DNA from: an uncultured Actinomycetes bacterium
Lineage (GTDB): Bacteria; Actinomycetota; Actinomycetes; S36-B12
NCBI GenBank assembly: GCA_963777085.1
Contig: CAVZPI010000014.1
Span: 19,778-83,777, forward strand
Direction: 5' to 3'
Length of the DNA: 64,000 bases
Every line of letters starts with the position of its first letter. Position 1 is the stretch's first letter. The notes under the pieces are model-generated. The model worked only from the letters and a program-made list of their open reading frames with translations, was not told the DNA's origin and made no database searches. The position numbers and the translations under genes are program-made. Below are positions 22,578-32,427 of the stretch, one piece after another.

Positions 22578-24251
22578 CTACGAGACCCGCCCGAGCAGGT
22601 AGTCGCGTCTGGCCACGAGCGTCTCCCACGGAGCCGTCGCCGAGGGAGGGCCGGGAACCTCCTTGCGGGTGGCCACGTGGATCTCCGAGTGCTTGCGCCC
22701 GGACCGGCCGGCGAGCTGCCCGACGAGCTGGTGGATCTCCTTGCGAATGGACTCCAGATCGCGCCACGACGTCAGTTCCAGCGCGTCGTTCATCTCGTCG
22801 AAGAGCGTCACGGGAACGCGCTTTCGCAGGTCCGCGTCTCGGGAGGCCAGCAGGGTCGCGGTCTGCTCGGGCGTGAGCAGGCCGGGCAGCCCGATGAAGT
22901 CCTCGTCCTCGGTGCTCAGCTCCGCGGTGATGGCCCGACCTGCGTGCAGCAGATGGGCGAACTCGGCCTCGGCCTGAAGAGCGGTGAACTCCACTCCCGA
23001 GGGATCCGGCTGGACCCGTTCCATCTGCATCGTGTCGAGTCCGCCCTCCTCGGGCCCGGTGATCCTGACGACGTGGTTGCGCTCCTCCTCCATGCTCGCC
23101 GCGAGCGCGAGCAGCGGCCGCACCGCGGGCAGGAACACCGTGGCCGTCTCAGAGGAGTTGCGCGCCCGGACGACGCGCCCCACCGCCTGGGTGAAGAACA
23201 GCGGCGTGCGGAACGAGCAGCTCCACAGGCACACGCTCAGGCGCACGATGTCGACGCCCTCGGACACCTGCTTCACCGCCACCAGCCAGCGTTCCGTGCC
23301 CGTGTTGAACGCCTCGATCTTCTTGCTCGAGCGGGGGTCGTCCGAGAGCACGAGGACGGGTGTGTGGCCGGTCACTCGCTTGACGACCTTCGCGTAGGCG
23401 CGGGCCGTCTCCTGGTCGGTGGCGAGCATGAGCACGGCGGCATCGGGCATGCCGGACTCGCGGATATCGGTCAGGCGCTGATCCGCGGCGGCGACGACGT
23501 GCGGGATCCACTGCCCGCCCGGGTCCAGGGCGGTGCGCCATGCGGCGTCCTCCGTGCCCTGGCTGCCCGCCTCCGACAGCGAGGCGCTCAGCACGTCGCC
23601 CGCGGAGTTCATCCAGCGGCTGGTACCCGAGTAGGCGGCGAAGACCACGGGCCGGACGACCCCGTCGGCCAGCGCCTCCTTGTAGCCGTACGTGTGGTCC
23701 GCGTCCGACAGGAGCCCGTCGTCGGACGACTCGTATCGGACGAAGGGGATCCGCTCGTCCGCCTTGGTCCGGAAGGGGGTCCCGGTGAGGCTCAGGCGGC
23801 GCCGTGCGGGGGTGAATGCCTCGCTCACGGCGTCACCCCATGTCAGGCCGTCGCCCGCGTGGTGGATCTCGTCGAGGATCACCAGAGTGCGTGCGTTCTC
23901 GGTGCGGGCACGATGCAGCATCGGGTGGCCGGCGACCTGCGCGTACGTCGTCACGTATCCGTGCGTCCCGGGCCGGACGGGACCCGTGCTGTTCTTCAGG
24001 GTGGGATCGAGGATGAGGCCCATCCGAGCGGCGGCGTCTGCCCACTGGGTGCGCAGGTGGTCCGTCGGGGCGACGACGACAATGCGATTGATGGCCCGGC
24101 TCTGCTCCATCCTCAGCGCCAGGACCAGGGCGAACGTGGTCTTGCCGGAGCCCGGAGTCGCGCTGACGAGGAAGTCCATGGGCTGCCGGGACTCGTACTC
24201 CGCCAGGGCCTCGCGTTGCCAGCGCCGCAGTCCTGGTGGCAGTTCTCTCAA
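22578..24251 (-). CDS. Superfamily II DEAD/DEAH-box helicase
   Basis: ATPGSGKT, DEIHH, TGTPFR, SEGVDI, QAVGRVVR. Confidence 0.92.
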   Translation of the reverse strand: MRELPPGLRRWQREALAEYESRQPMDFLVSATPGSGKTTFALVLALRMEQSRAINRIVVVAPTDHLRTQWADAAARMGLILDPTLKNSTGPVRPGTHGYVTTYAQVAGHPMLHRARTENARTLVILDEIHHAGDGLTWGDAVSEAFTPARRRLSLTGTPFRTKADERIPFVRYESSDDGLLSDADHTYGYKEALADGVVRPVVFAAYSGTSRWMNSAGDVLSASLSEAGSQGTEDAAWRTALDPGGQWIPHVVAAADQRLTDIRESGMPDAAVLMLATDQETARAYAKVVKRVTGHTPVLVLSDDPRSSKKIEAFNTGTERWLVAVKQVSEGVDIVRLSVCLWSCSFRTPLFFTQAVGRVVRARNSSETATVFLPAVRPLLALAASMEEERNHVVRITGPEEGGLDTMQMERVQPDPSGVEFTALQAEAEFAHLLHAGRAITAELSTEDEDFIGLPGLLTPEQTATLLASRDADLRKRVPVTLFDEMNDALELTSWRDLESIRKEIHQLVGQLAGRSGRKHSEIHVATRKEVPGPPSATAPWETLVARRDYLLGRVS

Positions 24252-24352
24252 CGCAATACCGTGCTCTCCGTCGTCTCGGGCGAGCCACAGACGCTACCGG
24301 CGGCGGCTGGCCCCGCGGTCACCGGGTCACGGCCGCTACGCAGTGACTCGGA

Positions 24353-25006
24353 TCAGGAGAAGGTGACCACGGCTAGCGCAATGGCCGCGAAGTGCGCCAT
24401 GAAGGCAGCGATCGTGAACGAGTGGAACATCTCGTGGAAGCCGAACCACGTCTTGCTGATCTGTGGCCACTTGAGCGCGTAGACCGCCGCACCGACGGTG
24501 TACAGGACGCCGCCGGCGACGATGAGGCCGAGGATGAATGCGCCCCTCGCGGCGAATTGGGGCACGTAGAAGATGGCCACCCAGCCGAGCGCGACGTAGA
24601 TGGGCACGTAGACCCAGCGCGGTGCGGTCAGCCAGAAGTTGCGGATGAGGACCCCGGCGATTGCGCCGGACCACACGACGATGAGCAGGGTGCGGGCATC
24701 GGCGGGAGAGAGCAGCAGCAGGGCCAGCGGCGTGTACGTGCCGGCGATGATGAGGAAGATGTTCGAGTGGTCGGCCCGTCGGAGCATGGCCTTCGTCGTG
24801 GGCAGCCACTTGCCGATGTGGTACGTGGCGGAGGTGGCGAAGAGGGCGACGCTGGTGACCATGAAGACCGCGACTGCCCAACGACTCGAGACGGAGTCTG
24901 CCGAAAGCACGAGGATCAGTCCGCCGATGACCGCGAACGGCACCGCAATGAGGTGCTGCACGCCGCGCAGGCGCGGTACCGGTGCCTCTGGCAGTGACTG
25001 CTCCAT
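24353..25006 (-). CDS. Hemolysin III/PAQR family membrane protein (TrhA-like)
   Basis: PRLRG.QH, SATYH, RADHSNIFLIIAGTYTP, FGFHEMFH. Confidence 0.93.
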   Translation of the reverse strand: MEQSLPEAPVPRLRGVQHLIAVPFAVIGGLILVLSADSVSSRWAVAVFMVTSVALFATSATYHIGKWLPTTKAMLRRADHSNIFLIIAGTYTPLALLLLSPADARTLLIVVWSGAIAGVLIRNFWLTAPRWVYVPIYVALGWVAIFYVPQFAARGAFILGLIVAGGVLYTVGAAVYALKWPQISKTWFGFHEMFHSFTIAAFMAHFAAIALAVVTFS

Positions 25007-25017
25007 GGAACTCCGTC

Positions 25018-25055
25018 CCGTAACTTACCATTCAGTAAGTTACGGTACCGTAGGT
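25018..25055. promoter_or_regulatory. Tandem overlapping palindromic operator upstream of the PAQR gene
   Basis: ccgtaacttac-cattca-gtaagttacgg (perfect 11-bp IR, 25018-25045) overlapping agttacggtaccgtaggt (25038-25055). Confidence 0.75.
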
Positions 25056-25107
25056 ATGGCAGGTGGCGCCAGCCCCCTTGGACGTCAAACGCGTGAACCG
25101 ACGGGGT

Positions 25108-26025
25108 TCAGGCCCAGAAGGCGAGCAGCGCCTCGGCGTCCCGCGCCGCGGCGGCGGCGCCGTCGGTCATGCCCTTGCTCGCCGATGCCGGATCCATCAA
25201 CGTCGCCATCTCGACTCCCTCGGGCCCGACGAGCGTATGGTGAGTTCCCGTCGCGCCAAGTGCGGTGAGTTCGGCCGCCGAAGCATCCGCAGTCATCGTC
25301 ATGCCCGCCTGTGCGGTGTCCATGTGAGCGCTGAGCGAGATGATGAGCACCTTCTCGACGCCGGCGACGAGGTCGCTGTGGGTGCCGGTGCCGCTCACGC
25401 CGCCGTCCATGCACCGGCGATCCCCGACGGGCTGCGGCTCGAACAACCCCGGCACCGCGCAGCTGGCGGCGACGGCATTCTGGATCCGCACGCGCGAATC
25501 GTGCGCCACGACGACCCGCTCGCCCGAGTAGGCGTCGGTCGCCGTCACACGCAGCGATGCGGCCGGCCAGTTCCTCTCCTGGAGCAGGACGCTGACGCTG
25601 GTCCGCATCTTCCGAGCGCTGGCGGACTGCGCAGCCAGCGCGGCATGGCCGATCCCCGACACGGTCTCGGGCCGCGCATTGTCGGCCTGGGCGAACAGGT
25701 CGAATGCCCGCTGCTGGCTCGGGTGCAGGCCACCTGCAGGGGCCATGACCCCGAGGAGCGCGGGCACCCTGGACAGTGCCTCGACCTTGGTGCCCATCGC
25801 GCGCAGATGCCCGGCGGCGAGGGCCGAGGCGACGACGGAACCCGCGGACGTGCCGACGATGATCTCGGAGTCCACGAGGTCGAGTCCGTGCCGCTCCAGC
25901 GTGTTCAGGTAGGCGACCTGCCAGGCGACGAAGAAGACGCCGCCGCCACCGAGGACCACCGCCCTCCTCGCCCCCCGGCCGTACTGCGCGTCGAACGAGA
26001 CGGGAACAGCGAGGCCGTCGGTCAT
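25108..26025 (-). CDS. Patatin-like phospholipase
   Basis: VLGGGG, GTSAG nucleophile, ASCAVPG, MDGG. Start placed at MTDGL. Confidence 0.9.
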   Translation of the reverse strand: MTDGLAVPVSFDAQYGRGARRAVVLGGGGVFFVAWQVAYLNTLERHGLDLVDSEIIVGTSAGSVVASALAAGHLRAMGTKVEALSRVPALLGVMAPAGGLHPSQQRAFDLFAQADNARPETVSGIGHAALAAQSASARKMRTSVSVLLQERNWPAASLRVTATDAYSGERVVVAHDSRVRIQNAVAASCAVPGLFEPQPVGDRRCMDGGVSGTGTHSDLVAGVEKVLIISLSAHMDTAQAGMTMTADASAAELTALGATGTHHTLVGPEGVEMATLMDPASASKGMTDGAAAAARDAEALLAFWA

Positions 26026-26129
26026 GCGGGGCAGCCTATTCGCGTACCGGGCCTGCAGCCTGGTACGCGTGTTCGCCCCGAGGGATCCGCACAGCGTCGT
26101 GCACCCGGCACGCCGCCGAGCCTGCGCCC

Positions 26130-26230
26130 CCTGTCTCGTCGCCGAGGTCATCGGCCACGTCATGCAGTCGGGTCGCCGTGAGGACTTCACCTTCGGCCTC
26201 GACCTGATCCTCGATGCCCTGGAGCGAAAC
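26130..26230 (+). pseudogene. Remnant of a TetR C-terminal domain
   Basis: LVAEVIGHVMQSGRREDFTFGLDLILDALER resembles the TetR_C terminal helix (F.FGLDLILD.LE). No HTH upstream. Confidence 0.5.
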
Positions 26231-26375
26231 CTCGGAGGTGGCCGCTCGGGAGGGCATGTTCCGTAGCGTATTCGCGCCATGACAACGAAATCCGTAGCCA
26301 ATTTCGCTATTCAGTCGCGTATTCGCGGTGTACCATGCAGAAAACCACGAATACAGCGACCACTTTGGAGAACCC

Positions 26376-27800
26376 ATGACTGCCGACGCGCCTGCGGCCT
26401 CGACCCCCTGGCCCCCCAACGACCCCGCCACGTGGCGAAATGTGCCGGCCTCGTCGACACCCATCGACTCGACCCGCGTCCAGGCGCTGCTGGCCGCGGA
26501 GTGGGAGCGGTTCACCGCGAATACACCAGCCTCCGCCGAGCACAACGTGCGCGCCAGCAAGTCGCTGCCCCTCGGCGTGACCTCCTCCTTCCAGCATTGG
26601 GACCCGTACCCGATCTCCATCGCCTCGGCGAAGGGCGCCTGGCTCACGGACGTCGACGATCGGCAGCTGCTCGACCTGTCCATGGGCTTCGGCGCCATGC
26701 TGGTGGGCCATCTCAATCCCGTCGTGGTCGAGAAGGTGATCCACGCCCTCGAGACGACGGGCACGCTCTTCGTGACGCCCTCGCCGACCGCGACCGAGGT
26801 CGCGGAGCGGTTCCAGCGCCGATTCGGCCTGGACCGGCTGCGGTTCACCCAGTCCGGCACCGAGTCGACGATGTACGCGGTGCGCACGGCGCGCGCGTAC
26901 ACCGGTCGCAAGGCCATCGTGAAGATGGAGGGCGGCTACCACGGGGGCTACGACGCCCTCTCGGTATCGGTGAAGCCCGGCCTCGACGAGGCGGGCCCGG
27001 AGGGCTTCCCGACACCGGTGGCTCCCTTCGATGTGGAGGCCGGCACGGTGTACGTCGTCCCCTACAACGACCTCGAACGCCTCGAGGACGTCCTCGCCGC
27101 CCACGCCGACGAGATCGCGGCCGTCGTGATGGAGCCGGTGCTGGAGAACATCGGCATCGTCCTTCCCGACGCGGGCTACCTCACGGGGGTCCGGGCCGCA
27201 TGCGATGCGCACGGCGTGCTCCTGGTGTTCGACGAGGTCAAGACCGGACTGACGGCCGGCTATGCGGGGGCCGCACGGCGCCTCGGCGTGACGCCGGACC
27301 TGGTGACCCTTGCCAAGAGCATCGGGGGCGGACTTCCCCTTGCCGCCTTCGGCGGTCGGGAGGAGGTCATGGCCGCGGTGACGGACGGACGCATGGCGCA
27401 CTTCGGCACCTACAACGGCAACCCGCTGGTCATGGCCGCGGCTGCTGCCGTCGACGAGATCTGCACCGAGGAGGCCCTCGCGGCCGCCGAGGAGGTCAAC
27501 GACGTCGCACTTCGGGCCCTCGACGCCCTCATCGTGAAGCACGAGCTGCCCGCGCACACCGTTGCCTTCGGGGTCAAGGGTGCGGTCACGTGGTCCACCA
27601 CCCCGGTCCGCAACTACCGCGACTACAAGCGCACCGACTTCGGCGTGGCCGAGCTGAGCTGGCTGTGGGGCGTCAACCGCGGCATCCTCACGCCGCCCGG
27701 GCTCGACGAGCAGTGGCTCGTGTCGCTCGCGCACACGAGTGCGGACATGAGTCTCCTGGTCGCCGAGTTCGACGAGCTTGCGGAGGCCCTGCGAGCCTGA
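26376..27800 (+). CDS. Class III PLP aminotransferase (glutamate-1-semialdehyde aminomutase-like)
   Basis: GVTSSF, GAWLTDVD, SGTESTMYAVR.AR, GGYHG, FDEVKTG, PDLVTLAKSIGGGLP, GTYNGNP. GGAGA RBS before MTAD. Confidence 0.9.
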   Translation: MTADAPAASTPWPPNDPATWRNVPASSTPIDSTRVQALLAAEWERFTANTPASAEHNVRASKSLPLGVTSSFQHWDPYPISIASAKGAWLTDVDDRQLLDLSMGFGAMLVGHLNPVVVEKVIHALETTGTLFVTPSPTATEVAERFQRRFGLDRLRFTQSGTESTMYAVRTARAYTGRKAIVKMEGGYHGGYDALSVSVKPGLDEAGPEGFPTPVAPFDVEAGTVYVVPYNDLERLEDVLAAHADEIAAVVMEPVLENIGIVLPDAGYLTGVRAACDAHGVLLVFDEVKTGLTAGYAGAARRLGVTPDLVTLAKSIGGGLPLAAFGGREEVMAAVTDGRMAHFGTYNGNPLVMAAAAAVDEICTEEALAAAEEVNDVALRALDALIVKHELPAHTVAFGVKGAVTWSTTPVRNYRDYKRTDFGVAELSWLWGVNRGILTPPGLDEQWLVSLAHTSADMSLLVAEFDELAEALRA

Positions 27801-27809
27801 CGATCAGCC

Positions 27810-27851
27810 AACGGGAACGGGTCGGCGCCTGTGCGCCGACCCGTTCCCGTT
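27810..27851 (+). terminator. Rho-independent terminator
   Basis: Perfect 19-bp stem aacgggaacgggtcggcgc-ctgt-gcgccgacccgttcccgtt, then a short T run. Confidence 0.85.
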
Positions 27852-27915
27852 TCGTCATCTCGCGGTCGCCTGAACGTCCTTCGACCCGGCTAGCGTCTGG
27901 GAGCGAGGAGGGTCC

Positions 27916-28587
27916 ATGCCCACTGCCAGCACGCGTCGACGAGGCGGGATGGACCGGCTCGTGCCCGCCGCCGAAGCCCTTGCCCGTCAGCTCCTCGAGG
28001 ACGATCCCCGTCGGCTGGCGCACGTGGCCGGTGCCGCACAGGCGGCCGCCTACGTCGCGGCGGTCCTGCCCGAGGTCCCCGCGGAGACCGTGGTCGTCGC
28101 GGCGTGGCTGCACGACATCGGGCATGCACCCGGTCTGGCCCGGACCGGGTTCCACCCGGTGGATGGCGCGGTGTTCCTCGCTCAGGGCCCCTGGACCGAA
28201 CAGGTCGTGCGCCTGGTGGCGCACCATTCGCACAGCGCCGTCGCGGCCGAGCACCACGGTGCGCGGCTCATGTCCGAGTTCGCGCCCGTCGACGGCCTGA
28301 TCGCGGACGTCCTGACGTTCGCCGACGTGGTGGCAGGTGCGGACGGGAGGGGCGCGACCCTGCGTCAGCGGCTCGCCGAGCTCAGGCAGCGACCCGGAGG
28401 CGACGATGGAGTGCCCGACGAGGCCAGGGAGCGCCGGTACGAGCTCGTGCGGGTGTCCGTGGCTCACGTGCACGACCGGCTCGCCACCCGGCGCTCCGCG
28501 GCGAGGTCTGCGCATCGCGACCGTTCGGGCGTTGTTCACTCCTCGGCCTTCGTCCGTGAATCAGCCGGAGGTCTCGGCGGGCTGTGA
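27916..28587 (+). CDS. HD-domain phosphohydrolase
   Basis: RLAH, AAWLHDIG, TGFHPVDGA, LVAHHS, LTFAD. GAGGAGG RBS. Confidence 0.85.
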   Translation: MPTASTRRRGGMDRLVPAAEALARQLLEDDPRRLAHVAGAAQAAAYVAAVLPEVPAETVVVAAWLHDIGHAPGLARTGFHPVDGAVFLAQGPWTEQVVRLVAHHSHSAVAAEHHGARLMSEFAPVDGLIADVLTFADVVAGADGRGATLRQRLAELRQRPGGDDGVPDEARERRYELVRVSVAHVHDRLATRRSAARSAHRDRSGVVHSSAFVRESAGGLGGL

Positions 28588-28632
28588 TTCCCCCGTCAGG
28601 GCATCCGGGTCCTGCTCGAGGGAGGCAAGCGC

Positions 28633-30204
28633 ATGAGTGCTGGGCACAGGATGGGACTGATCGGGGTGGCCTCGGCGTGCGCCGGGGCGATGCTGCTCGC
28701 CGGAACAGTCTCCGCGGCAGCGGACGACAGCGGCTCGTTCGGTGACGTCGTGTCAGCGAACCCGCGCTTCGGCGTCGAGGGGAACCTGCTCGGCGGCGGA
28801 CTGTCGCAGACGTCCGTGGCGTGGGGGTCCATGCCGCTGGTGAATCCCGACAGCGCGAACGGCATCACGTACTACGGCTACAACACGTCCAACGGTGGAC
28901 CCCTCACCCAGGATCCGCATGAGTCCTTCAAGACCGAGCCCGACAAGAACGTGTACCTCGTCATGGGCGGACACCACTACCTCTTCCAGGGTCACGAGAC
29001 AGGCCCGCGCGGCTACGTCACCCGGATCGACCTCGACCAGGCCAATCCCGCCCAGCGTGTGTCGCTGGTCGTGGATGCTGACGCATCGGGAGCGGCCCTG
29101 CCCACCTTCGACGGCATCACCTGGGACCCCTTCAGCCAGCAGTTGCTGCTGACAGCAGAGGCCCCGAGCCCCAAGGGCGGGGTATGGGCCATCGCGCTCA
29201 ACGCTGACGGAAGCCCGGCGTCGGGTACCGCGGTCGCCCTGCCGGCACTGGGCTCCGGCGGCTACGAGGGCATCCAGAACGACTCCGACGGCAATGTGTG
29301 GATCGTGGAGGACATCGGTGGGTCGACGGTCGCCGGCGCCAACGGCAAGAAGCCGAACAGCTATGTGTACCGATTCGTGCCGACCAACAAGGCCGACCTC
29401 ACTCAGGGCGGCGCGCTGCAGGCACTCCAGATCGCGCGCAAGGACGGCACCCCGGTAACCGCCGCCCAGCTGGCCGCCAACCCGTCCGATCAGGTCATCG
29501 CCGACCTGCACGCCTACGGCACGACGCTCAAGACCACCTGGGTGACCGTGCACTCCGGTCCGGGCGCGTTCGATGCCACCGCCTCGGCGGCGACGGCCGG
29601 CGCCACCCCGTTGAAGCGGCCGGAGAACGGGGTCTTCCGGCCCGGCAGCGCCTTCGGCGAGTTCTACTTCACGGAGACCGGTGACACGAATGCGCTTTCG
29701 ACGCTGCCGGGAGCCTTCGGCGCGGTCTTCCGCATCGCGCAGAAGTCACCGAGCGCGATGACGGGCACGATCAACCCCGTGTGGGTCGGCGACGCGAACC
29801 ACACCGGCTTCGACAACATCGCCTTCGCCGCTCGCGACCGGCTCCTCGTCGTCGAGGACGCCGGCGACACGCTGCACGCCCAGCGCAACGCGCTCGACTC
29901 GGGCTTCTCGGTCGCGCTCAGCGGCGAGGGTGACAAGGGCCCGAAGGTCTCCCGCTGGCTGGCTGAGGGCAGGGACGCCTCGGCGCTGTACGACGTCGCG
30001 ACCAACCCCGGCTACAACGACGGCGACAACGAGATCACCGGTATCCACGTCTCCGATGGCGACGCCACGGTGGCAGGTATCCTCGGAGCGAAGTCGCCGA
30101 AGCTGTTCGACGGCGCGTGGCGGGCGTTCTGGACGCAGCAGCACGGTGACAACGTCACCTGGGAGCTGTCACAGTCGGGCGGCTCGGACTCCCACCGGAG
30201 CTGA
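28633..30204 (+). CDS. Secreted PhoX-like alkaline phosphatase (DUF839-type beta-propeller)
   Basis: Signal peptide, EPDKN, QGHE, GGYEG, VED, KRPENG, FDNI.F...VEDAG, NEITG. Confidence 0.75.
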   Translation: MSAGHRMGLIGVASACAGAMLLAGTVSAAADDSGSFGDVVSANPRFGVEGNLLGGGLSQTSVAWGSMPLVNPDSANGITYYGYNTSNGGPLTQDPHESFKTEPDKNVYLVMGGHHYLFQGHETGPRGYVTRIDLDQANPAQRVSLVVDADASGAALPTFDGITWDPFSQQLLLTAEAPSPKGGVWAIALNADGSPASGTAVALPALGSGGYEGIQNDSDGNVWIVEDIGGSTVAGANGKKPNSYVYRFVPTNKADLTQGGALQALQIARKDGTPVTAAQLAANPSDQVIADLHAYGTTLKTTWVTVHSGPGAFDATASAATAGATPLKRPENGVFRPGSAFGEFYFTETGDTNALSTLPGAFGAVFRIAQKSPSAMTGTINPVWVGDANHTGFDNIAFAARDRLLVVEDAGDTLHAQRNALDSGFSVALSGEGDKGPKVSRWLAEGRDASALYDVATNPGYNDGDNEITGIHVSDGDATVAGILGAKSPKLFDGAWRAFWTQQHGDNVTWELSQSGGSDSHRS

Positions 30205-30217
30205 CGAACGTCGATCC

Positions 30218-30258
30218 ACGACGGGGTGCCCCGGCCACCGGCCGGGGCACCCCGTCGT
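30218..30258 (+). terminator. Rho-independent terminator hairpin
   Basis: Perfect 19-bp stem acgacggggtgccccggcc-acc-ggccggggcaccccgtcgt. Confidence 0.8.
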
Positions 30259-30307
30259 TCCATGCCCGCGGCTCGCGGTTGGGGTGGGCGAGGGGCATCA
30301 TGGAGCA

Positions 30308-31444
30308 ATGAGCATCTTCGAACGACGACCGCGCCTGCGCTGGGCGGTGCCCGCGGTGGCCTGTGCACTCATCCTGGCGGGGACGCTGGCAGGCACGGTC
30401 GGCGCCTCGGCCGATTCCGGGCTCGACCCGAGGACGGCACAGGAGCTGCTCGTCGACCTGCAGACGCCGCAGGCGGGCGCCCTCTCGGGCACCGTCGTGG
30501 CGACGGCCGATCTCGGCCTCCCGGCGCTGCCGACGGGGATGGCATCGAGCGCCGAACTGACCTCGATGGTGAGCGGGTCGCACACGCTACGGGTCTGGAT
30601 CGACGGGCCGGATCGCTCGCGCCTGGCCGTGATCGGGTCGGCCGAGGAGTCCGACGTCATCCGCAACGGCGGCGACGTGTGGGTCTGGTCGAGCGCCCGG
30701 AACACGGCCGACCACTACGTGCTGCCGGCGCCCTCCGGGGCTGGGGCGACCGATGCCGGCGCGGGCTCGATGGAACTGCCAGGCACGCCGGACGAGGTCG
30801 CCGCGCTCGTCCTTCGGCGAGTCGACTCCACTACCGAGGTGACGACCTCCGGCGTGGCCAAGGTGGCCGGGCGGGCGGCGTACGAGCTGATCCTGACCCC
30901 GAGGCAGTCCGACACGCTCGTGGCCCGCGTCGTCATCGCGATCGATGCGCAGACCCGAGTTCCGCTGCGGGTCCAGGTGTTCTCGACCGTGATGCCGAAT
31001 CCCGCCTACGAGGTCGGGTTCACATCGGTCGACTTCGCGCGGCCGGAGGCCGAGCTGTTCAACTTCACCCCACCGCCCACGGCGACCGTCACCGAGCACC
31101 CGGGCCCGGGCATCGACTCCGTCGAGGGCCGGACGCCGGAACGGCAGCCGGGAGCCGTGCCGGAGCCCACCATCGTCGGAACGGGGTGGAGCCAGGTCGT
31201 CGTCGGGTCCGTGCCCGCCGACCAGGCTGCCGACCTTGCCGCCACCGGCCAGGGCGAGGCCGCCGGCGCGGGCGGGCTCGACGTCGCGGCGCTCCTGGAG
31301 TCGCTGCCCCGCACCTCGGGCGCGTGGGGGTCCGGACGGCTCCTGAGCGGAACCCTGGTCTCGGCGATCCTCACCGATGACGGGCGGTTCGCGATCGGAG
31401 CGGTGAGCCCGGAGACCCTGGGTGCCGCGTTGGCCGCCCGGTGA
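30308..31444 (+). CDS. LolA-like/DUF2092 secreted carrier protein
   Basis: RWAVP, SGTVV.TADLGLP, GSHTLRVW.DGP, VAGRAAYEL.LTP, VPLRVQV, F.FTPP, G.V..E.L. Confidence 0.8.
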   Translation: MSIFERRPRLRWAVPAVACALILAGTLAGTVGASADSGLDPRTAQELLVDLQTPQAGALSGTVVATADLGLPALPTGMASSAELTSMVSGSHTLRVWIDGPDRSRLAVIGSAEESDVIRNGGDVWVWSSARNTADHYVLPAPSGAGATDAGAGSMELPGTPDEVAALVLRRVDSTTEVTTSGVAKVAGRAAYELILTPRQSDTLVARVVIAIDAQTRVPLRVQVFSTVMPNPAYEVGFTSVDFARPEAELFNFTPPPTATVTEHPGPGIDSVEGRTPERQPGAVPEPTIVGTGWSQVVVGSVPADQAADLAATGQGEAAGAGGLDVAALLESLPRTSGAWGSGRLLSGTLVSAILTDDGRFAIGAVSPETLGAALAAR

Positions 31445-32427
31445 CGCAGGCGCACCTGCCCGATCCCGCCCTGCAGGACACCATGACCGCAGTCGACCGT
31501 GGAGTGGCGGTCGCGACGGTCGGCCTCACGAAGAGGTTCGGCAGCCAGACGGCCGTCGATGCCATCGACCTGCGCGTCCCGTACGGCGCGGTATACGGCT
31601 TCCTCGGGCCGAACGGCTCGGGCAAGACCACGACGATCCGCATGCTGCTCGGTCTGGTCCATGCCAGCGCTGGCGTGATCGAGGTCCTGGGCACGCCGAT
31701 CCCAGGCGGTACGTCGTCGGTGCTCCCGAGGGTCGGGTCGCTCGTGGAGGGCCCCGCCTTCCACCCGTACCTGTCCGGTCGTGCCAACCTCGTGCGCCTG
31801 GACGCCGCCGACCGCTTCGCCGACCCGGCCACGTCACGCGCCCGGATCGATGCCGCCCTGGAGCGGGTCGGCCTGCTGGCGGCGGCCAGAAAGCGGTACC
31901 GCGCCTACTCCCTCGGCATGCGGCAGCGACTGGCCATTGCCGCCGCGCTGCTCGCCCCCCGCGACCTGCTCATGCTCGACGAGCCGACGAACGGGCTGGA
32001 CCCGCAGGGAACGCGGGAGGTCCGCAACCTGATCGCCTCGCTCGCCGGCGACGGCGCGACCATCCTGGTGTCGAGCCACCTGCTGTCCGAGGTCGAGCAG
32101 GTCTGCTCGCACCTGGGGATCATGCGCCAGGGCAGCCTCGTGGCACAGGGGACGGTCAGCGAGGTCAGGGCCGGAACCGGTCCGCTGGTCGAGGTCACCA
32201 CCGGGATGCCGGAGCAGGCGGCCACGGTGCTGCGCGGGCTGGGCCTGGCCAAGGTGACCCTCGCCGCGACGGGCGTTCGCGCGGATCCGGGCGACCTGGA
32301 CCCGGAGCGGATCGTCGAGGCGCTCGTGACGGCTGGAGTGGGAGTGCGGGGCTTCGCGGTGCAGGCTCCCAGCCTCGAGGACCTGTTCGTGGCACTCACC
32401 GGGGAGGGCTTCGATGTCAGTCGCTGA
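31441..32427 (+). CDS. ABC transporter ATP-binding protein
   Basis: GPNGSGKTT, YSLGMRQR, LDEPTNGLD, SSH. Confidence 0.95.
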   Translation: MTQAHLPDPALQDTMTAVDRGVAVATVGLTKRFGSQTAVDAIDLRVPYGAVYGFLGPNGSGKTTTIRMLLGLVHASAGVIEVLGTPIPGGTSSVLPRVGSLVEGPAFHPYLSGRANLVRLDAADRFADPATSRARIDAALERVGLLAAARKRYRAYSLGMRQRLAIAAALLAPRDLLMLDEPTNGLDPQGTREVRNLIASLAGDGATILVSSHLLSEVEQVCSHLGIMRQGSLVAQGTVSEVRAGTGPLVEVTTGMPEQAATVLRGLGLAKVTLAATGVRADPGDLDPERIVEALVTAGVGVRGFAVQAPSLEDLFVALTGEGFDVSR

